A DNA stretch of 64,000 nucleotides from contig CM060732.1 in the NCBI GenBank assembly GCA_030704615.1, positions 23,684,001 to 23,748,000 of the forward strand, read 5' to 3'. The stretch is from Takakia lepidozioides. Lineage: Eukaryota; Plantae; Bryophyta. The notes beneath the pieces were generated by a model, which was not told the origin of the DNA, made no database searches, and saw nothing but the letters and a program-made list of their open reading frames with translations. The position numbers were made by a program, and so were the translations under genes. Below, in pieces: positions 12,206 to 26,091 of this stretch (position 1 is its first letter; each line of letters opens with the position of its first letter).

Positions 12206-13230
12206 ACTTTCTTTTTCTTTTTCTTTCTTTTTCTAAAAAAAGAAAGGGGACGGAGGCCCTTCTAATCAAATTAATAAAGAAATGCGAAAATGCGGATGCC
12301 AAAGCGAAGGCAGAACAGCAGGAATGCTTCGAACAGCAAGTTTGTGAACGAAGTTGGCAACTCGCTGAGCTTTTATACTCTACGCTGCCAGACCCTCCTA
12401 TTCTAGTAGACGTTGACAACTCGAAAAGTTGTTCGATGTGAATAAAGATTGAAAAGTTCATCGCTTGTGTGGGACTTGGGATGACGTGAAATAGAAAAAC
12501 GTTGTACAGTGAACTACGGTAAAAATAGTACCCAAGAAACATTTTCGTTATGTAAAGGAGGAAAACAAAACAAAACGTTCAAATTAACGGCACCCTCGCG
12601 GAGCAAACAACATCGACTCGATCAGAGAGAGGGACTGAGACACACAATTAGTTCGCTTTCAATATATTAACGTCCTTCCAACATTTTCCATTCCGTCATC
12701 CATAGAGACATCATCTCGAAACAGATCAGAAAGTGGGGAATGCCCTGTGAGCAAGAACGTATGTCATGTGTGTCATGAAGAGAGTATTGTGTCTCAATGG
12801 AAGGTTGTTCAAAACTATTTGCAATTACCAAGAGAAACTAGACATTTGCACTGGTCAGGATTGTGTGTGTGATACGACTCGGATCTAGCATGGCCTAGAC
12901 AAATCAGTGCAAAGAATTGTAGCACGATTACCACTGATCAGAACAAGTCGATTGGATGGGAGCAGAAAACAAACCTATTTCCAAGCTCTTTCCATGGCGC
13001 TAAAAATTACCTTCAAGTCATTGGGATAATTATTTCCGGGCTCACGAAACTAAGAACCCCCTGCACGCTTAACTTGCCAATTTCGATAGTGAATGCATAG
13101 GAGAGGCGGGTTTTCATGCCAGGCAGTCAGAACTGGGAATTAATGCTCCACTGAAACGCGCAATGCATATACCGACCATGATCAGGACCGTGATCCGTCA
13201 AGCAGAATTCCAAGAAGTATTCCTTTATAC

Positions 13231-14715
13231 CTATGTGGGCACACTTAGCACGGATCTGATCATATCAATCGACAAATTATAAGGGGGTCTCCTGCTGGCA
13301 CTGGCACCGACTCCATCCCAATGACTGTCAAGCCGAATGTTCTCAGCCACTGTCTTGCTGGATTTTTCGCCATTGAATGCGCTCAATCTCTGAGGCCAAA
13401 GAGAATGGAGAGAAGGGTGACAGCCTTGGTGTGCACATACATCTTGCACACTAATGTTAGTACATATTCTCAGAAACGAATCGTACTTCTTCTGCATATA
13501 TGCGCAGATTTTCATTCTTTGGATGGACGCGATCCTGCCATTGATCTCAACCTGAAGAACTAAATCGATTGAACAAATCAATTATCAAGATACAAGATAT
13601 ACGTTTTTTGCTGTGGCTGGTCTAGTCTAGGCTAGTCTGCGCTCTGTGAGACCTGCGAGCAGATCATCAGGTTCAGGGATCCGAGTGCCAAGAGGTGTGG
13701 CTACGCTAAGAAAATATCCCAAACCCATTCAGCAAGTTGAGCTCCGTATCCTCCAGACCAATTTGCAGTGGAGTCATTCCTTGATTTGATGCCGGCCGCC
13801 GTGTAGTACTAGAGGCTGCAGGATCTTGCGGCTGTCTTGTTGCAGGATGAGGGAAGGACTGCATTCCTTGCATAACTCCTTGCCCGTAACCTCCCTGGTT
13901 TATTCTTGGGGGAGGTGGAATTTCTTGGAATCTTGCTGCAGGACGAGGAAATGGGAGCACCCGCGGGATCATTGAGCGAGGTGCGGCACAATTTTGACAA
14001 GGAAGTGCATGCACCTGGAGCTGGATCTTTTGATCCCGAGGAACCTTGGGGGGCTGGTTCGATATCTGCCGCATGATCAGTTGCAAGATCAGTGCGAAGT
14101 CCTTGCTGCCAAGCGGGCTCCCATGGAACCAGGTGAATAACTGGAAGTGGGGGCATTGGCTGCATCACTTGGTCACCCGGGGCGTGATGTTGATGCCATA
14201 ACACCGTGGCTGTTCCAAAACCATTGAACGCACTGGATTAATCTCAGCTTGAGGCACTACCCTCAAGGAGCTCGTAAGCACACAAATGCCAAATTGAAGA
14301 ATTCGGGAACAGAGATCTAGACTGACATCTGGGATGTGGGAACAAAGATAGAATAAATCATGGGAGAAAACCTTCGGGAACTGACACTACCATATGATCC
14401 TGGTGGAAAGCGCGCCGGGGTAGCTCTCTGCCAGTCCTCGAAAGTCACCATCTGCCGGCTCGCAGCTAACTCTTTTCCAAAATCAAAGCGTTGAAACCAG
14501 TCTGGCCGTTGAAACAAAGAGAAGTCCTGGCCGGGCTGACGCTTACCCCCCTGTGCTGCAGGCTGCTCCTCCATGAGACAGACCGATCGAGAGAAGGAGG
14601 GAGAAAGGCAGGCAGATCGATGAGACGAGGGCCGTGTGTGGAGCCTGCAAACGAGTGCGGTTATATAGCAAGTACGTAGCGCAGCCTCCACGCTCTGCCT
14701 CGGCAGTCGCGCTGC
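13231..14715 (-). CDS. Copy 2 of the duplicated uncharacterised gene, possibly a pseudogene
   Basis: Reads MEEQPAAQGGKRQPGQDFSLF..RQMVTFEDWQRAT, followed by a P/Q-rich exon. It has extra exon-like 3' blocks (VEINGRIASIQRMKICAYMQKK; RLSAFNGEK..) that are deleted or absent in copy 1. Confidence 0.45.
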
Positions 14716-15629
14716 TCTGACCGCGCACATAACTCCGATGCGATGAACTTACAAGTATAAAGAAAGATCTCTTCAAATTTGCGGTGAGCGAGAGAGAGTC
14801 GTTGAACGGACCCTTGGTGTCTCCCAAGCCTCGTGTCTGCTAACGGGATCGCAGGATATCGTGACCTGACCTCTGCCTTTTCCAGGGCTTTGTCTAGGAT
14901 CAAATCAAAGGTCTCGGGGCCTGATCTGTGAGTTTTCGCTCCCCGGTGTTATTTTTTTTTTTGTTTTTTTGTGTTTTTTCTCCGGTGTTTCCCTTTCAAA
15001 ACAAATTCCAAAAATCCAAAAATAAAAAATCACAGGGTTGAAGCTTCAACTTTTCAAGACGCCTCTTTGTCTATTTCAGTTTGTCTTCGCCTACCCTTTG
15101 GTTCTACATTTGCTTTTCCCATGCTCCAGAGCTTAACGGACCCCAGGAAGTTCATCATTCCTTCGTACTTCCAGAACAATCGCTGCATGGCAACGCCCCT
15201 TTCCTCATTATCCTAGGTTCACCATCCCACCCTTTCCACCATCCCATTGTTCACGACTTCCGCCTTTCAATCATGAACCCAGACTTGAAGGCCGCCACCT
15301 AGAATCGGTCGGCTACCCTTCAGTCACCAGTCTGGAAACTATCGCGGCTCTTCCTTTCTACGCTGCTCAGCTCCTCGTCTAAAGTCTGAATCTCTCCTTC
15401 GAGTTCTGGCTTCGCTCTCTTTGTTAAGTCGCTGCAATATTGGGCCCCAGCAGTAATGCGCATATCAGGCTTGGAGGCCCCATTCAAGGACCGCTTCAAT
15501 GGGGTATTAGCTCGACCTCCATTCACCAAAGATCCCACCCCACCTCTGGAGTGGGCTTCCTTTTAGCACATCAAGCACAAACTACGAAGGTAATCGTGCG
15601 GTTTCCACTCCTCCCTGCCTTTTTATGGG

Positions 15630-17180
15630 TGTAGCTATTGCTACGCCACTCACTCCAACTCACTTCATGTAAAAACTACAATAAAGCTATGAGCATCTAG
15701 TCAAGCCTTTAGGCTTGGTTAGTGCCAAAGTAAGTAAATTATGTTAAAGACAAACCCACATGTTACAGCGCCCTCCTGGTTAGATCCCTTCCACTCATAG
15801 TCAAAAATCAACAAACAAACCCATGGGCCTCTTGGCCACTATGAGGTTAGTATTCTCCCTTCCAAGCTCTCTTCACTCTTCTTGTGGGTTAGTGGAAGTT
15901 GTCAAGGGTTAGAACCAGTGTTGGACCGGTATCATCAACATTTCATACCAACCAGGGTATGGTATTGTCGGTGAAGAGGCCTCCTTCATACCTGCAGGTA
16001 ATGGTATCAAGGTAGGTATTAAGCTTTTAATGTACCAATATGGTATGTATATTGTTTTTGTTCGGCCTATGCTATGGTATCAGTATTTCAAATTTCAAAT
16101 CTTATATTGGGGGTATATCAATACTGGTATCAATACAATTTTATTTTTTATTTTTTATTTTTAAACTGGAAAAAAAAATCTGTCCAAATTATACCGCTGA
16201 GGTGATCACTCCAGCGGCTGAGTGCCGCAATTCATAATAACAAGGAGCTGGATCTCACCTTAGGTAATTTGAGGTCACCTTACAAGAGCCATATTATAGG
16301 CTGATATATGAGACAATGCTCCTCAATATTGACAGCCCCCAAAATCGCCATTTAGATCGCCTCAATCAAAGAGCCGCAACTCTCCATTGCTGCACCCTAA
16401 ATCCTTAACGCTCCAGATATTGATACCTAGGGTGCAAGCGACGGCGGAAGACAAGGTACTGGTATCGACAAAGTTGTGTTCCTTGTGATACCAGGCTGGT
16501 TTGGTAGGAGCCCAGGTATTAGTGTTTTATTATATTGCCCCCAATATGTTCTGCCCGGAGTATTGTCAATTTCTTATCTTCGCTCGGTCTGGTATCTTGC
16601 TGCAATACCCTTACCCGTGCTGATACCCCGCCTCGCCCCCATATACCGGTCCAACACTAGTTAGAACACACGCATATAAGCAAAATAAAAATGAACAAGG
16701 ACCAAGAACTCCTCTACCTATTGGAATGCTCCCAACTTGTTAAATGGGCTACCAAAACCTAATGGGTGGGGTTGTAGCTCACATCTCCTATGGGGTTTGC
16801 TGCTTACTACCTCCACTCTCTCTTAGGGCCTCACCTCACTCCAAGTTTGCAAGACATATTCACTTTTGGGGAAGTCCTCAATTTGCACTTCAATAAAGGG
16901 CACTTGACCAACACAATCTTGAGCTCTAGGGCATAGGCCTCTCCCTCACTCTAGTCTTTCTTAAGTGTTACTAGTTGCCTCCTCCAAGCTTGCTAAAACA
17001 ACTAACAAAGCTCTAAGCTACAAGCAAATTAGGACTTACTATTCTTTGGTTGTCCTTACCAAGCTTTGCTACACACTAATAAACTCTAAGAAACCAACTA
17101 AACATGAACTAAATTTCAAGCAACTAAGAACAAAGCAAAGAAAAGTCATACTCCTATATACGAAAAAAACAATAAACAAG
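15630..17180 (-). mobile_element. LTR retrotransposon remnant (3' UTR, PPT and LTR start)
   Basis: On the minus strand the purine-rich tract GAGTGGAAGGGATCTAACCAGGAGGGCGC is followed directly by TGTAACA at 15767. Outer boundaries are approximate. Confidence 0.45.
15916..16659. mobile_element. Non-autonomous hAT element (744 bp)
   Basis: TIRs CAGTGTTGGACCGGTA / TACCGGTCCAACACTA, flanked by a perfect 8-bp TSD GTTAGAAC (15908-15915 and 16660-16667). Confidence 0.92.
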
Positions 17181-19440
17181 GTTGGATGAAATATCCAATT
17201 ATCCGTGGATAATAAAAGATATTGTCAATTTTCAGTTGATAGGTGGCACTATTCATCCCACCAGTTGAGGACTTTCCTAAATATTTTAGCCTTTTAAAAT
17301 CCCTCCAATTGTATTTGGGTGGCCACGAATGCTCAAAAAACCCCAAAAATGGCTCTCAAAACAAAACTTGGCCATAAATTTTCTTGGGGTGCCCTTGAAA
17401 TCCCCACGAATCTTCAGGTCCATTGGGTTCAACCACCAACATGAAAAAACACTGACCGCAAATCCCCATGGAAATTTTTAGGGTATGGACAAATCAATGC
17501 TTGGCCCTAAAACTTCTCCCGCACCGTCTTGCCCCACCATTAGACACACACAAAAAAACACCAATAGTGCTCGATGACGGCTTCATTATGTCAGTTTGAG
17601 GTCCTTAGTACAGCAAAATCCCAGTCGGCGACTGTTGTTGGATTAAACCTCTTTTGGATTTTTAATGGGAGCCTAAGACACCTTAGAAACTCCTCGAATT
17701 GAATTCACACAAATATATTCAAATTTTCGTCTGGGAAAAAAGATCGACTGTGGGTCGTTGCAACTAGCCACAACGCAATGTTGTTTGTTTTAACAAACCA
17801 AAATACATGGGAACCCATGCTCGATCCCTGTTCATAGCGTATCCGAGGATAAAAGAAGATCACGACCAAAAGTATATGTGCGCCACACCTCCAACGTCAT
17901 ATTTGAAACTGCATTGAAATTACGTAAAAATTTATACTTGGAAAGTAAGATACAGTTGTCAACCGTGTCGTTTAAAATATAGCCCACCAGCCGTTTTGTC
18001 TCTGAGGTCAAACTCTCCTGACTTGACTTTGATTTGACAGCGATCAGACATTGAGACAAAAAACAGGTAGGCGGTTGCCTACAGTTGACTGTTGTATACA
18101 GACCCCTAGATGTCCGAACTTGATGATTGGAACCGTACGCCTTCAACTGTTGTTCCTTGTAGGTACCCTAGTCATATAAACGCATGAGCTCTCTTGGCTT
18201 CATGGTCGTCGCTGTATCGGTGATCCGCATTTTCTGTAACAAATGGTCATGATTCTGCATTGTGTACGTACAACGTTCCACAAGACTCTTCTGGTTCTCC
18301 AAAACTCTCAATCTCATTGATTTATGCACCTACAGCCACCACTTCTTTGTGTGCAGCTGCAAACTGTAAGCTATCTGAAGTTGGTATTGTCTATCTACCC
18401 CCCACATATATGTTTGATATTGCGCATGCGCAGGCACAGATGGCACCAACACTATCTCCCACAAATCGTCCCACACTAACAGGAGAGGAAGGCCTACAAG
18501 TTTGTCTAGTTGCAGATGATGTCGCGCACCTCACTTTGATAAACTCACATTCATGTCATAGTTACTCGCTTTGATACGCGCGCCTAACTCCCAAATTGGC
18601 CGCAGGGCCAACTCGAAGCTAATGGTCCCTCCTTGCTCCCCACTCAACTCTCAATAACGTGGGCTAAGTGGAAATTCCCTTTGATTGTAGTTGACTAGGT
18701 CATTGTCACTGACAATTACGTCATTTTTGTTCAGCGGCTATGCGACTTAGCCAAATTCGGTACATCGGCCACCGACACAGCAAGAGTTAACAGAAATGGC
18801 ATCACTTCATCTTCGTTATCCATGAAAAAAATCTAAGACTGCCAAGCAAGCTAGACGACCCTTTGCGGCCTTGAGGGCAGGGGGTTGGGACACAAGAGGG
18901 GTTGTTTGCGGGTTGTGGTGGGGTCAGCGGCTGTTGCGGCCCTTTGCCTCGAGGGAAGGGGGTCGCGGACAAGAGGGGCTGCCCTTGTGGTGGGGGTAGC
19001 GACAACAAGTAGAAGTGGGGGCTGAATGACCCTTGCAAAGTGCCAAAGGAACTCAAGAGGGCGGAGGCGCTCACTAGGTGAAGCCCTACAACCGGGTTGC
19101 AATGGGGGCTCCGAATAGGGTGGTCGTAGCATAAGAAGTCGACGTAGTGGGGGTGACATAGGACTCACCGGAAGGTTGAGACCTTGTGGTGGGTCAGTCG
19201 TGGGGAGTTTTGGGGTTTACCACGGTCCAATGGGGCCGTGGTGGGTGGGTCAAGAGTCACCACGACTCATCACGTAGAGTCTAGGATCACCGTGGTGGTG
19301 CACCAAGAAGGACATAGGCTGCTTGTGAGACCCCTGTCGACACCTCCAGAAATATATATATATAAATATATATATAGTAGTATCCTGAAGAACTATGCAA
19401 GTCCGCTAGTGAAGCAAACAAGCAAGCCAGAAAGTGACCA

Positions 19441-21479
19441 AAGTGTGGGGAGTTGTCCCGGACTGCTAGGCTGTGAGCCTACGCTCACGCTTTGATGACG
19501 TGGCGTGAACCTAGGCTCACGATTGTCTACGTGGTTGAATTCATGGCCCACGCCACGTCATCTAACTAATAAGGGTGTCTAGTGTCTATTCTCGCGTATA
19601 TGAGTGATGTTTCATGTGCAAGTGTGTGAGCTTGAGAGAGCTTGTGTGCTTGTATCATTCTTCTTTATCACTCGAGAAAGATGAGCTCGTATCTGTGAGT
19701 ACCAGATACGAGTTAGTTGTAGCACTTGTGGTTTTTACTTGAGAATGAGAGAAATCAGGTTTAGATGCGAGAAGCATCATCAAGGTCGTGGTTGTTAGGA
19801 GCGGAGGTGATGTTGGTTACGAGGTGGTAGACCTTGGCATTCGAACTTCAGCTTCAGAGATGAAAGCACCGTGCTGCAGGTAATTCCAGAGCACCTTGAT
19901 GGTTTCAGATTGTGTGCGGTGAGCACGAGTGGGAAGAGGATCAGTCATGAGCCTATGAGGCTGAACAAGAGCAGGTTATAGTGGCTCTAGCCATGAATCT
20001 TAGAACTGGCCTTGGGAATACGAGCTTCCATGGTGTGGAAGAGTAAAAGATCAAGCGAGAGGGCTGATTTGGCTTTGGGGCAAATCAGTGCACTTGGTGG
20101 AGTATGTTGAGATTGGGTTTCAATCTCGAGCTTTAGCATTGAGGGGGCTCTTGCCATGGCAAGAACAAGGCTAGAACAGGAGCTAAGAGGTGTGGTAAGG
20201 CCATGGAATGTGCACCTAGGGTTTCAGAGCTTGGAAAAGGAGCTCATGCATCACAAGATAAGTGTCTTGTGGCTGGTAATATAGACCTTAGGGTTTCATG
20301 AGCTTGGCAAAGGCTATAGGGTGCTTAGTCTTGTTTTAGAGAGCATCGAGGAGCCCAGGAGCCAAGATAGGGGGCTGATACCTCTTGTGTAAAGGGGTTG
20401 CACATGTGTGGAGCATGCATTCAGCCCATTGAAGCTTCTATCTTCAAGCTTGGAGGGCAAGAGGGAATGGCTGATTTCTCTTATGTGGGAGTAGTGTTTG
20501 TGTTGAGCATGTATTCAGCCTAATTAGGCCTCCACCTTTAAGCTATGGAGAGCTAGAAGGGAAAGTAAGGGGCTGATTTGCTCTTAGGTGACGGTCCGGC
20601 ACTTGTAGAGCGTGTTTTGAGTTGGGGTTTCAACGTCAAGCCTAGATAGAGCATGGCTCTTGAAGTGACAGGTGTAGGGGGCTGAAGTAGGCTCTAAGAT
20701 ACATGTTATGGCAAAGGAGAACGCATGAATTAGTGCTTACAAGGGCACCAGCAAGGCATGGTTGCTTGTCACGGTCTTGAGTGGCGTGTTTGGGGGAGTT
20801 TAAGTGAGAAAGAGGGCTTGGATTGTGGCAAGCATCTTCATCATAACTTAGAGCTATTATTGGTGGTGTGTGGGAGCCAAAGAGAGCAAGAATACCTTGC
20901 TGATTTCTTCACAGCTACCATAACTCGTTGCAAGAGAACTCAAGGTTCAAGAATCACAAACCCTAGCTTGGCGTGGCTAAACCCCTTGGAGAAATGGCTA
21001 AACTACCATGAACGGCCATGGATGGGGTTGTAACGGGCTGTGACAGGCTGTGGTTTTGGGGCTATGACGGGCTGTGACGGAATGTGGCATGTGGGGCTGT
21101 GACGGGCTGTGACGGGCTGTGATGGGATGTGACCCTGTGACCTGTGTAGGGCTGTGATAGGCTGTGACTTGTGGCATGTGGGGCTGTGACCCTCTGACCT
21201 GTGTAGGGCTGTGACGGCTGTGACCTGTGGGGCTGTGACGGGCTGTGATGGGCTGTGACATGTGGCCTGTGTGGGGCTGTGACGGATGTGACCTATGATC
21301 TGTGTGGGCCTGTGCTGGTTTGTGGTGGCCCGTGTTGACCTGTGGACGGCCTGTGCTAATAAGTGGAGGCACTAGTGGACTGCCTGAGGACTAGCATGTG
21401 GTCTCGAAGGCCAAATTTCGAAGCTCGTGGAGGGCGATTTGAGGAGTATCTTCATTATATCCCATGGTCATGCAAGTAA
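19441..21479 (+). mobile_element. Gypsy (Athila/Tat-like) PPT and long LTR
   Basis: PPT-like AAGTGTGGGGAGT is followed by TGTCCC at 19454. The sequence is non-coding and LTR-like, with an internal minisatellite, and is interrupted by a CACTA end. Confidence 0.5.
21030..21350 (+). repeat. GGGCTGTGAC degenerate minisatellite
   Basis: More than 20 variant 10-bp units. Confidence 0.9.
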
Positions 21480-22534
21480 CACTACAGGAAAATGGGGCCT
21501 TTGCGACGCCCGGGCCACGCCACAGCGTCGGAAAAACGCGCATTTCGGGCACGGGGCCGGCTCTGAATTTACAACGCCCGGCCGTCGCATGGGCGTCGCC
21601 AAAAAGACGTCGCAAAAATGCGACATATGGGGGTAGCGAGCCCCCGCCCCAACTCCCGCAACTGCCGGACGTCGCTTTTCAGGCCGTCCGCGCCGATGGC
21701 AAGGGCCTCTTTCGAGCGACGTCTCGCCGTCGCTGCCCTCCAGCCAACGGCGTTGGTGGGACGACGGCGCGGCATCGCATCCCCTTTTTTTTCTAACCTG
21801 CCCGGGAGTCCCATCCTAAAACCCAAAAACACATGGCATAAGCCGGGTGGTACGCCAAGCGACGCCAGTGCGTCGCTGCAAGCGACTATTGGGCGTGGCA
21901 AAAAACAAAACAGCAAGAGCAGGAGTCGGGCTCCGCCACGCCCAGGCGTGGGTTTTCGCGACGCTCTGGCGTTGCTTTTTTTATATTTAATCAAAAAATA
22001 AAAGACGTGGCGCAGGTAGGGTGGCGGGCTTCGCGACGCCAGGGCGTCGCGGCTTGCGACCCCCGGACAAAAAAAACACGTCGTAGGGGGTGTCGGGCTT
22101 TGCCGTCCGCAAATGGGATTTGCGACGCCCGTGGACAAGAGGGGGGGTACTGGCCTCGGGGGCAGACGAGCCCTCCGGCTGCGGCTGGCGACGGGGCTGG
22201 GTTAATCGTGAGACGCCCTGGCGCGTCACACGTGCCGGCAGAGCAAACGGATTGTCCACCCCTTTCTTTGGGGCAGGGGACTTCTTCTCTTTCCCCATAA
22301 GCCTGTCATGCAAACCCACAAGTTGGCCTCATTAGGAAACAACCTCTACATTCCAGATCAAAAACAAAAAAAACCAAGCATGTCGGGGGCTAAGAGCAGC
22401 AAGTGCTCGGGGTCTCGAGAGGGGGCAACAAAGAAAAAAGAAAAAGGTGGGGGGGGGGGGGGGGGGTGATTGAGCACCAAGTCACCCACCCCCCCCCCCC
22501 CCCCCCATTTTTTATTTATTTTTTGGTTTCCTGA

Positions 22535-22604
<70 letters not shown>
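22535..22604 (+). repeat. (TC)n microsatellite
   Basis: Seen directly. Confidence 0.98.
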
Positions 22605-22607
<3 letters not shown>

Positions 22608-22659
22608 CTGCTCACAAAAATAAACAAACCACTAGGGAGAGAGGGTGCAGAAAAAGTTA

Positions 22660-23390
22660 AAAAAATTGTACTAATAAGACATTGTTTGTCGTAGCCTTGT
22701 GGCGATTGACCCCGCGCCCAGTTTGAGCGGAAACAAAAGGGACAGAACCTGCCTCTGTCAGGGGCTGACGTTGGTAGTAAAACTTACCTTCATATATAGA
22801 ATTAATCCGGGTTTTCCATATATCCTCTAGAAATCCCTTCACACAAGCATCCATCTGCCGTGTGTGATTTGCCCAATAACTAGGCCTCAGGAGGGCCTGG
22901 GCTTTTGGCTCAGCCTTGAGACTTTCAAAGTTGGTAAACAGGTACACGCACAATTCCCTTGATAGATTTGAAGAGAGCGTCTCTTTGGTGAGAGAACCCC
23001 GGACAGTGTATCAGAAAATAGGTATTGTCTTCAGATTGCCCATACAACGGGAAATTGCACTCTCCCTTTCCTCTCTGCTTCTGTTTGTTGTTCAAAGGTA
23101 GGCTTCCTGCCCTGAGTTTAAATTTCAGTCTAGTGCCGAGAGTGGGTAGACCCTTGAGGTCATCCAAGATGTCCTCCCCCATGTCACTGACTGGAAACAA
23201 GTTCAGGGAAGTTTTCTGCCTAACTTCATTTTCATCAGACAATCTCATGGCAACAGGCATGGCTTTGGACACTACAGCCTCTAAGTCAGATTTATCAACC
23301 CATATTGCAGATCCGTACTCCAAGGCAGGTCTAATAATGCGACAAAGCATGGTTTTCTTAACCTCAGAGTTGACCCCTCTGCAGAAAATG
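22660..23390 (-). mobile_element. RTEX-like LINE 3' fragment, internally deleted
   Basis: Near-identical reverse complement of 41390-42415. EYGSAIWV joins directly to DKSDLEAVV, a deletion of about 320 bp. Confidence 0.9.
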
Positions 23391-24309
23391 TTAAAAAGAG
23401 AGAGGGAGAGGGAAGATATTCACGTCATGTCAAGACATGGATAAGACCCATAAGGGTCATTGTCAATTAAAGACATAAACAGCCCTAGATAGGGCACTAT
23501 CTCACACTTCCAGTCTTGTCAAATCATCCCAAATGACACCACCCAATCATCCAAGAAAAAACAGGGTGGGAGGGCGGGGTTTGTTCTTGTGTGGAACAAG
23601 ATAAGATATTGCTGCCCCTGTGCAGGTTGCAAGGCCTCTTGGATCAGCCTGCACACATACGTACCTTACCAGCAGGTCATGTATTGAAGGAGCACAAAAG
23701 TGTTGAGGTCATGCAAAGGTTAAGGTACCATGGATCAGCCTGCCCTATTACCATTTCAAGACACGTTTTCACACATACATCTTGGACATGACCCATAGGT
23801 TGCAGCATCTTACCTTTTCAGCCATTAATTATGGCAGGTCATGCATCAGCCAAGGCATAAGGACCAGCCTGCAATTTGTCATAATCACAATATGCCACCA
23901 AGCAATCCTACTTGGGCATGACGAAATAAATTCCATATCATTTGTATTCACCTTGAGACATGTGATCATACAAGGTGTCAAGGGAATGTGAATTCAGCCT
24001 ATCAAATTGCAGATTCAAGACTTGGTACAAACAACTTGTTGCTGAAATGTATCGACATGCAATAGAAAGTATAGGCCTTCAATTGTGAACTGTCCCTGTG
24101 ATGGTTGTTGAAGATGAACTGTGGTGAAACGATTGGTTAGATGGGTTGTTAGGAATGATATCATTTTGGGATTTTGTGGGGTTGAAGAAAATCAGCCTTG
24201 CTTCTAGCAGCTAACACTGACAGCATGAAGTTTTTTTTTCCAGCAAACACCTTAACCCTAATGATAAGAGGACAAAACATACTAAAATAGGTTGAAGAAT
24301 AAGGTGCCC

Positions 24310-24420
24310 TCACCACATTGTCTCGCACCCATGTTGGCCATATCCTGCGATCATCGTGTTCCAAGAGACAACATCCCGTTCAGCCATATTGTCAAACTCT
24401 CCCTTTGCAGCTTCGATGCA
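24310..24420 (-). pseudogene. PLS-class PPR gene fragment
   Basis: IEAAKGEFDNMAERDVVSWNTMIAGYGQHG matches the PPR S/P motif. Isolated fragment. Confidence 0.8.
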
Positions 24421-24469
24421 GGGTATCGTTTGGAATGACATCTGGTACAATTCCAGCTTTGATAATGTC

Positions 24470-24645
24470 ACCATGCCCAGTTTGAATGGAACAGACACTA
24501 CCTTTGTGAGGGTCTCACTCTAGTAGTAGGACTAATTACCTTGATAGAAATGTACTCATAAAACGTTGTTTGCCGTAGCCTTTTGGCCATTGACCCCGCG
24601 CCCAGCTGGAGCGGAACAAAGGGAACAGACTACTTTTGTGAGGGG
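24470..24645 (-). mobile_element. Short RTEX 3'-tail copies
   Basis: Reverse complement of TCTGTCCCTTT..GGGCGCGGGGTCAATGGCC..GGCTACGGCAAACAACGT.TTATGAGTAC. Confidence 0.8.
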
Positions 24646-26091
24646 GGGAATATAACCTCTTTTAGCTTTCAGTAAAAGGGGCTTTCTTGTATTACTTTCA
24701 TGTATTCTTTGTCATTCATTTTCCAAAGCTGGTTCGAGAAAGATAAGTCCCATGACTCCATCTCTTTTAGCTTCTGGTCTGATTTTATTGTCAAACCTAA
24801 GCATTGAATAACCATCATCATCTTATTATTGTTGCCTCCATGTTAGAGCATTTGTCATATTGACAATGTGAATTATCCATGTTGGTGGTCTTGTTCTTTG
24901 CTGATCACGAGAGATCTCCCGTCCCTGAATTGAGACATACCTCCATACCGTTCTGAAAGACCATTCTGTTGGTTGTTATTTGGTGTTTATATTAACGGGG
25001 TGTCATTCTTATTGGGCATGGGTATTGTTGCTTCTTTCTCATTTACCATGTCATCTCGTAACATTGATGTCTAGTCACTCAAACTTATCTTGTTTTCAGG
25101 TATAACTCCCAATTCTCCATTCTTCTGATTTGGTTCAAAGAAGGTAAGTTTTGTCATTCCCTTATCTCAGCTTTTGGTTTATGCTTCATTTTTTTCTTTT
25201 CAATCTTTTGTCATCGCCCGCTGTAAAGTCACCTCTAATTAACCAAGTATATATTTTTTTACTATGATTGAACTTATAAATGTTACTGACCCTTGGGTAT
25301 TTGTGGTTGCTCCTACAACAATATTTTTTCGATCCTCATGTCATTCTCTACTTGATTTCTCCTTCAACACGGTATGTTAGAAGATATGAAGATGGTTACT
25401 TATCAAGCAATCAAGCTAATATATATAAAGCTCTGATGGCTCGTGTTTCTTAGCTATGTTGCAATATGCAATTATATCCAAGGTAGATGAGTATTGATCA
25501 TACGTCCATATCAATGGCTTTGATGGGCCTTTACTTTTTGTACAATGGAGATATATCTCATCATATATGGGTCCTCCATGTAATTTATGAAGGAATTTTG
25601 GGGATATTGCGCATCGGATATTTGTAAACTTTGACATTATCAAATCTTCAATGCAATGGAGGACATAACATGTACTTCTATTTGTTTGTCTACAACTATT
25701 TTGTTCATGCATTGTAGGTTCTTTTAAGTGGGTTCATGTACTACATTATCAATGTATAATACTTTAGTAGTAGGGCAATGAAGAACATTGACTTGCTTAT
25801 GCCTCAACTCGTGGTATGCATACTCAGTCACACACCATTGTTCTAGTAGTTATTGTGCCTGATGCTCAAAGCACTTTCATACCACTTAAACAAACCACTT
25901 GAAAAATGGTTAAAATTACTCTAACAAACCAATTACATCATGGTTCATCTAATTAATGACTTTATGAGTGATTATTTTTCTACTATAAGACAGAGTAATA
26001 ATGTAATGTCTCGTGTGAAATGTTATAACCTATGAAGTAACCATTCTCTAAGAAACCCACCATGAAAATAATTAGTGAAATCGTTGTGTTC

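Noticed and set aside
17832-18574. Possible MULE/SWIM transposase remnant (similar coding-like decay at 900-1990)
   Set aside because: Looks like decayed coding DNA but no motif could be confidently matched.
21464-22335. GC-rich overlapping ORFs
   Set aside because: CACTA subterminal repeats that lack stops because of high GC content.
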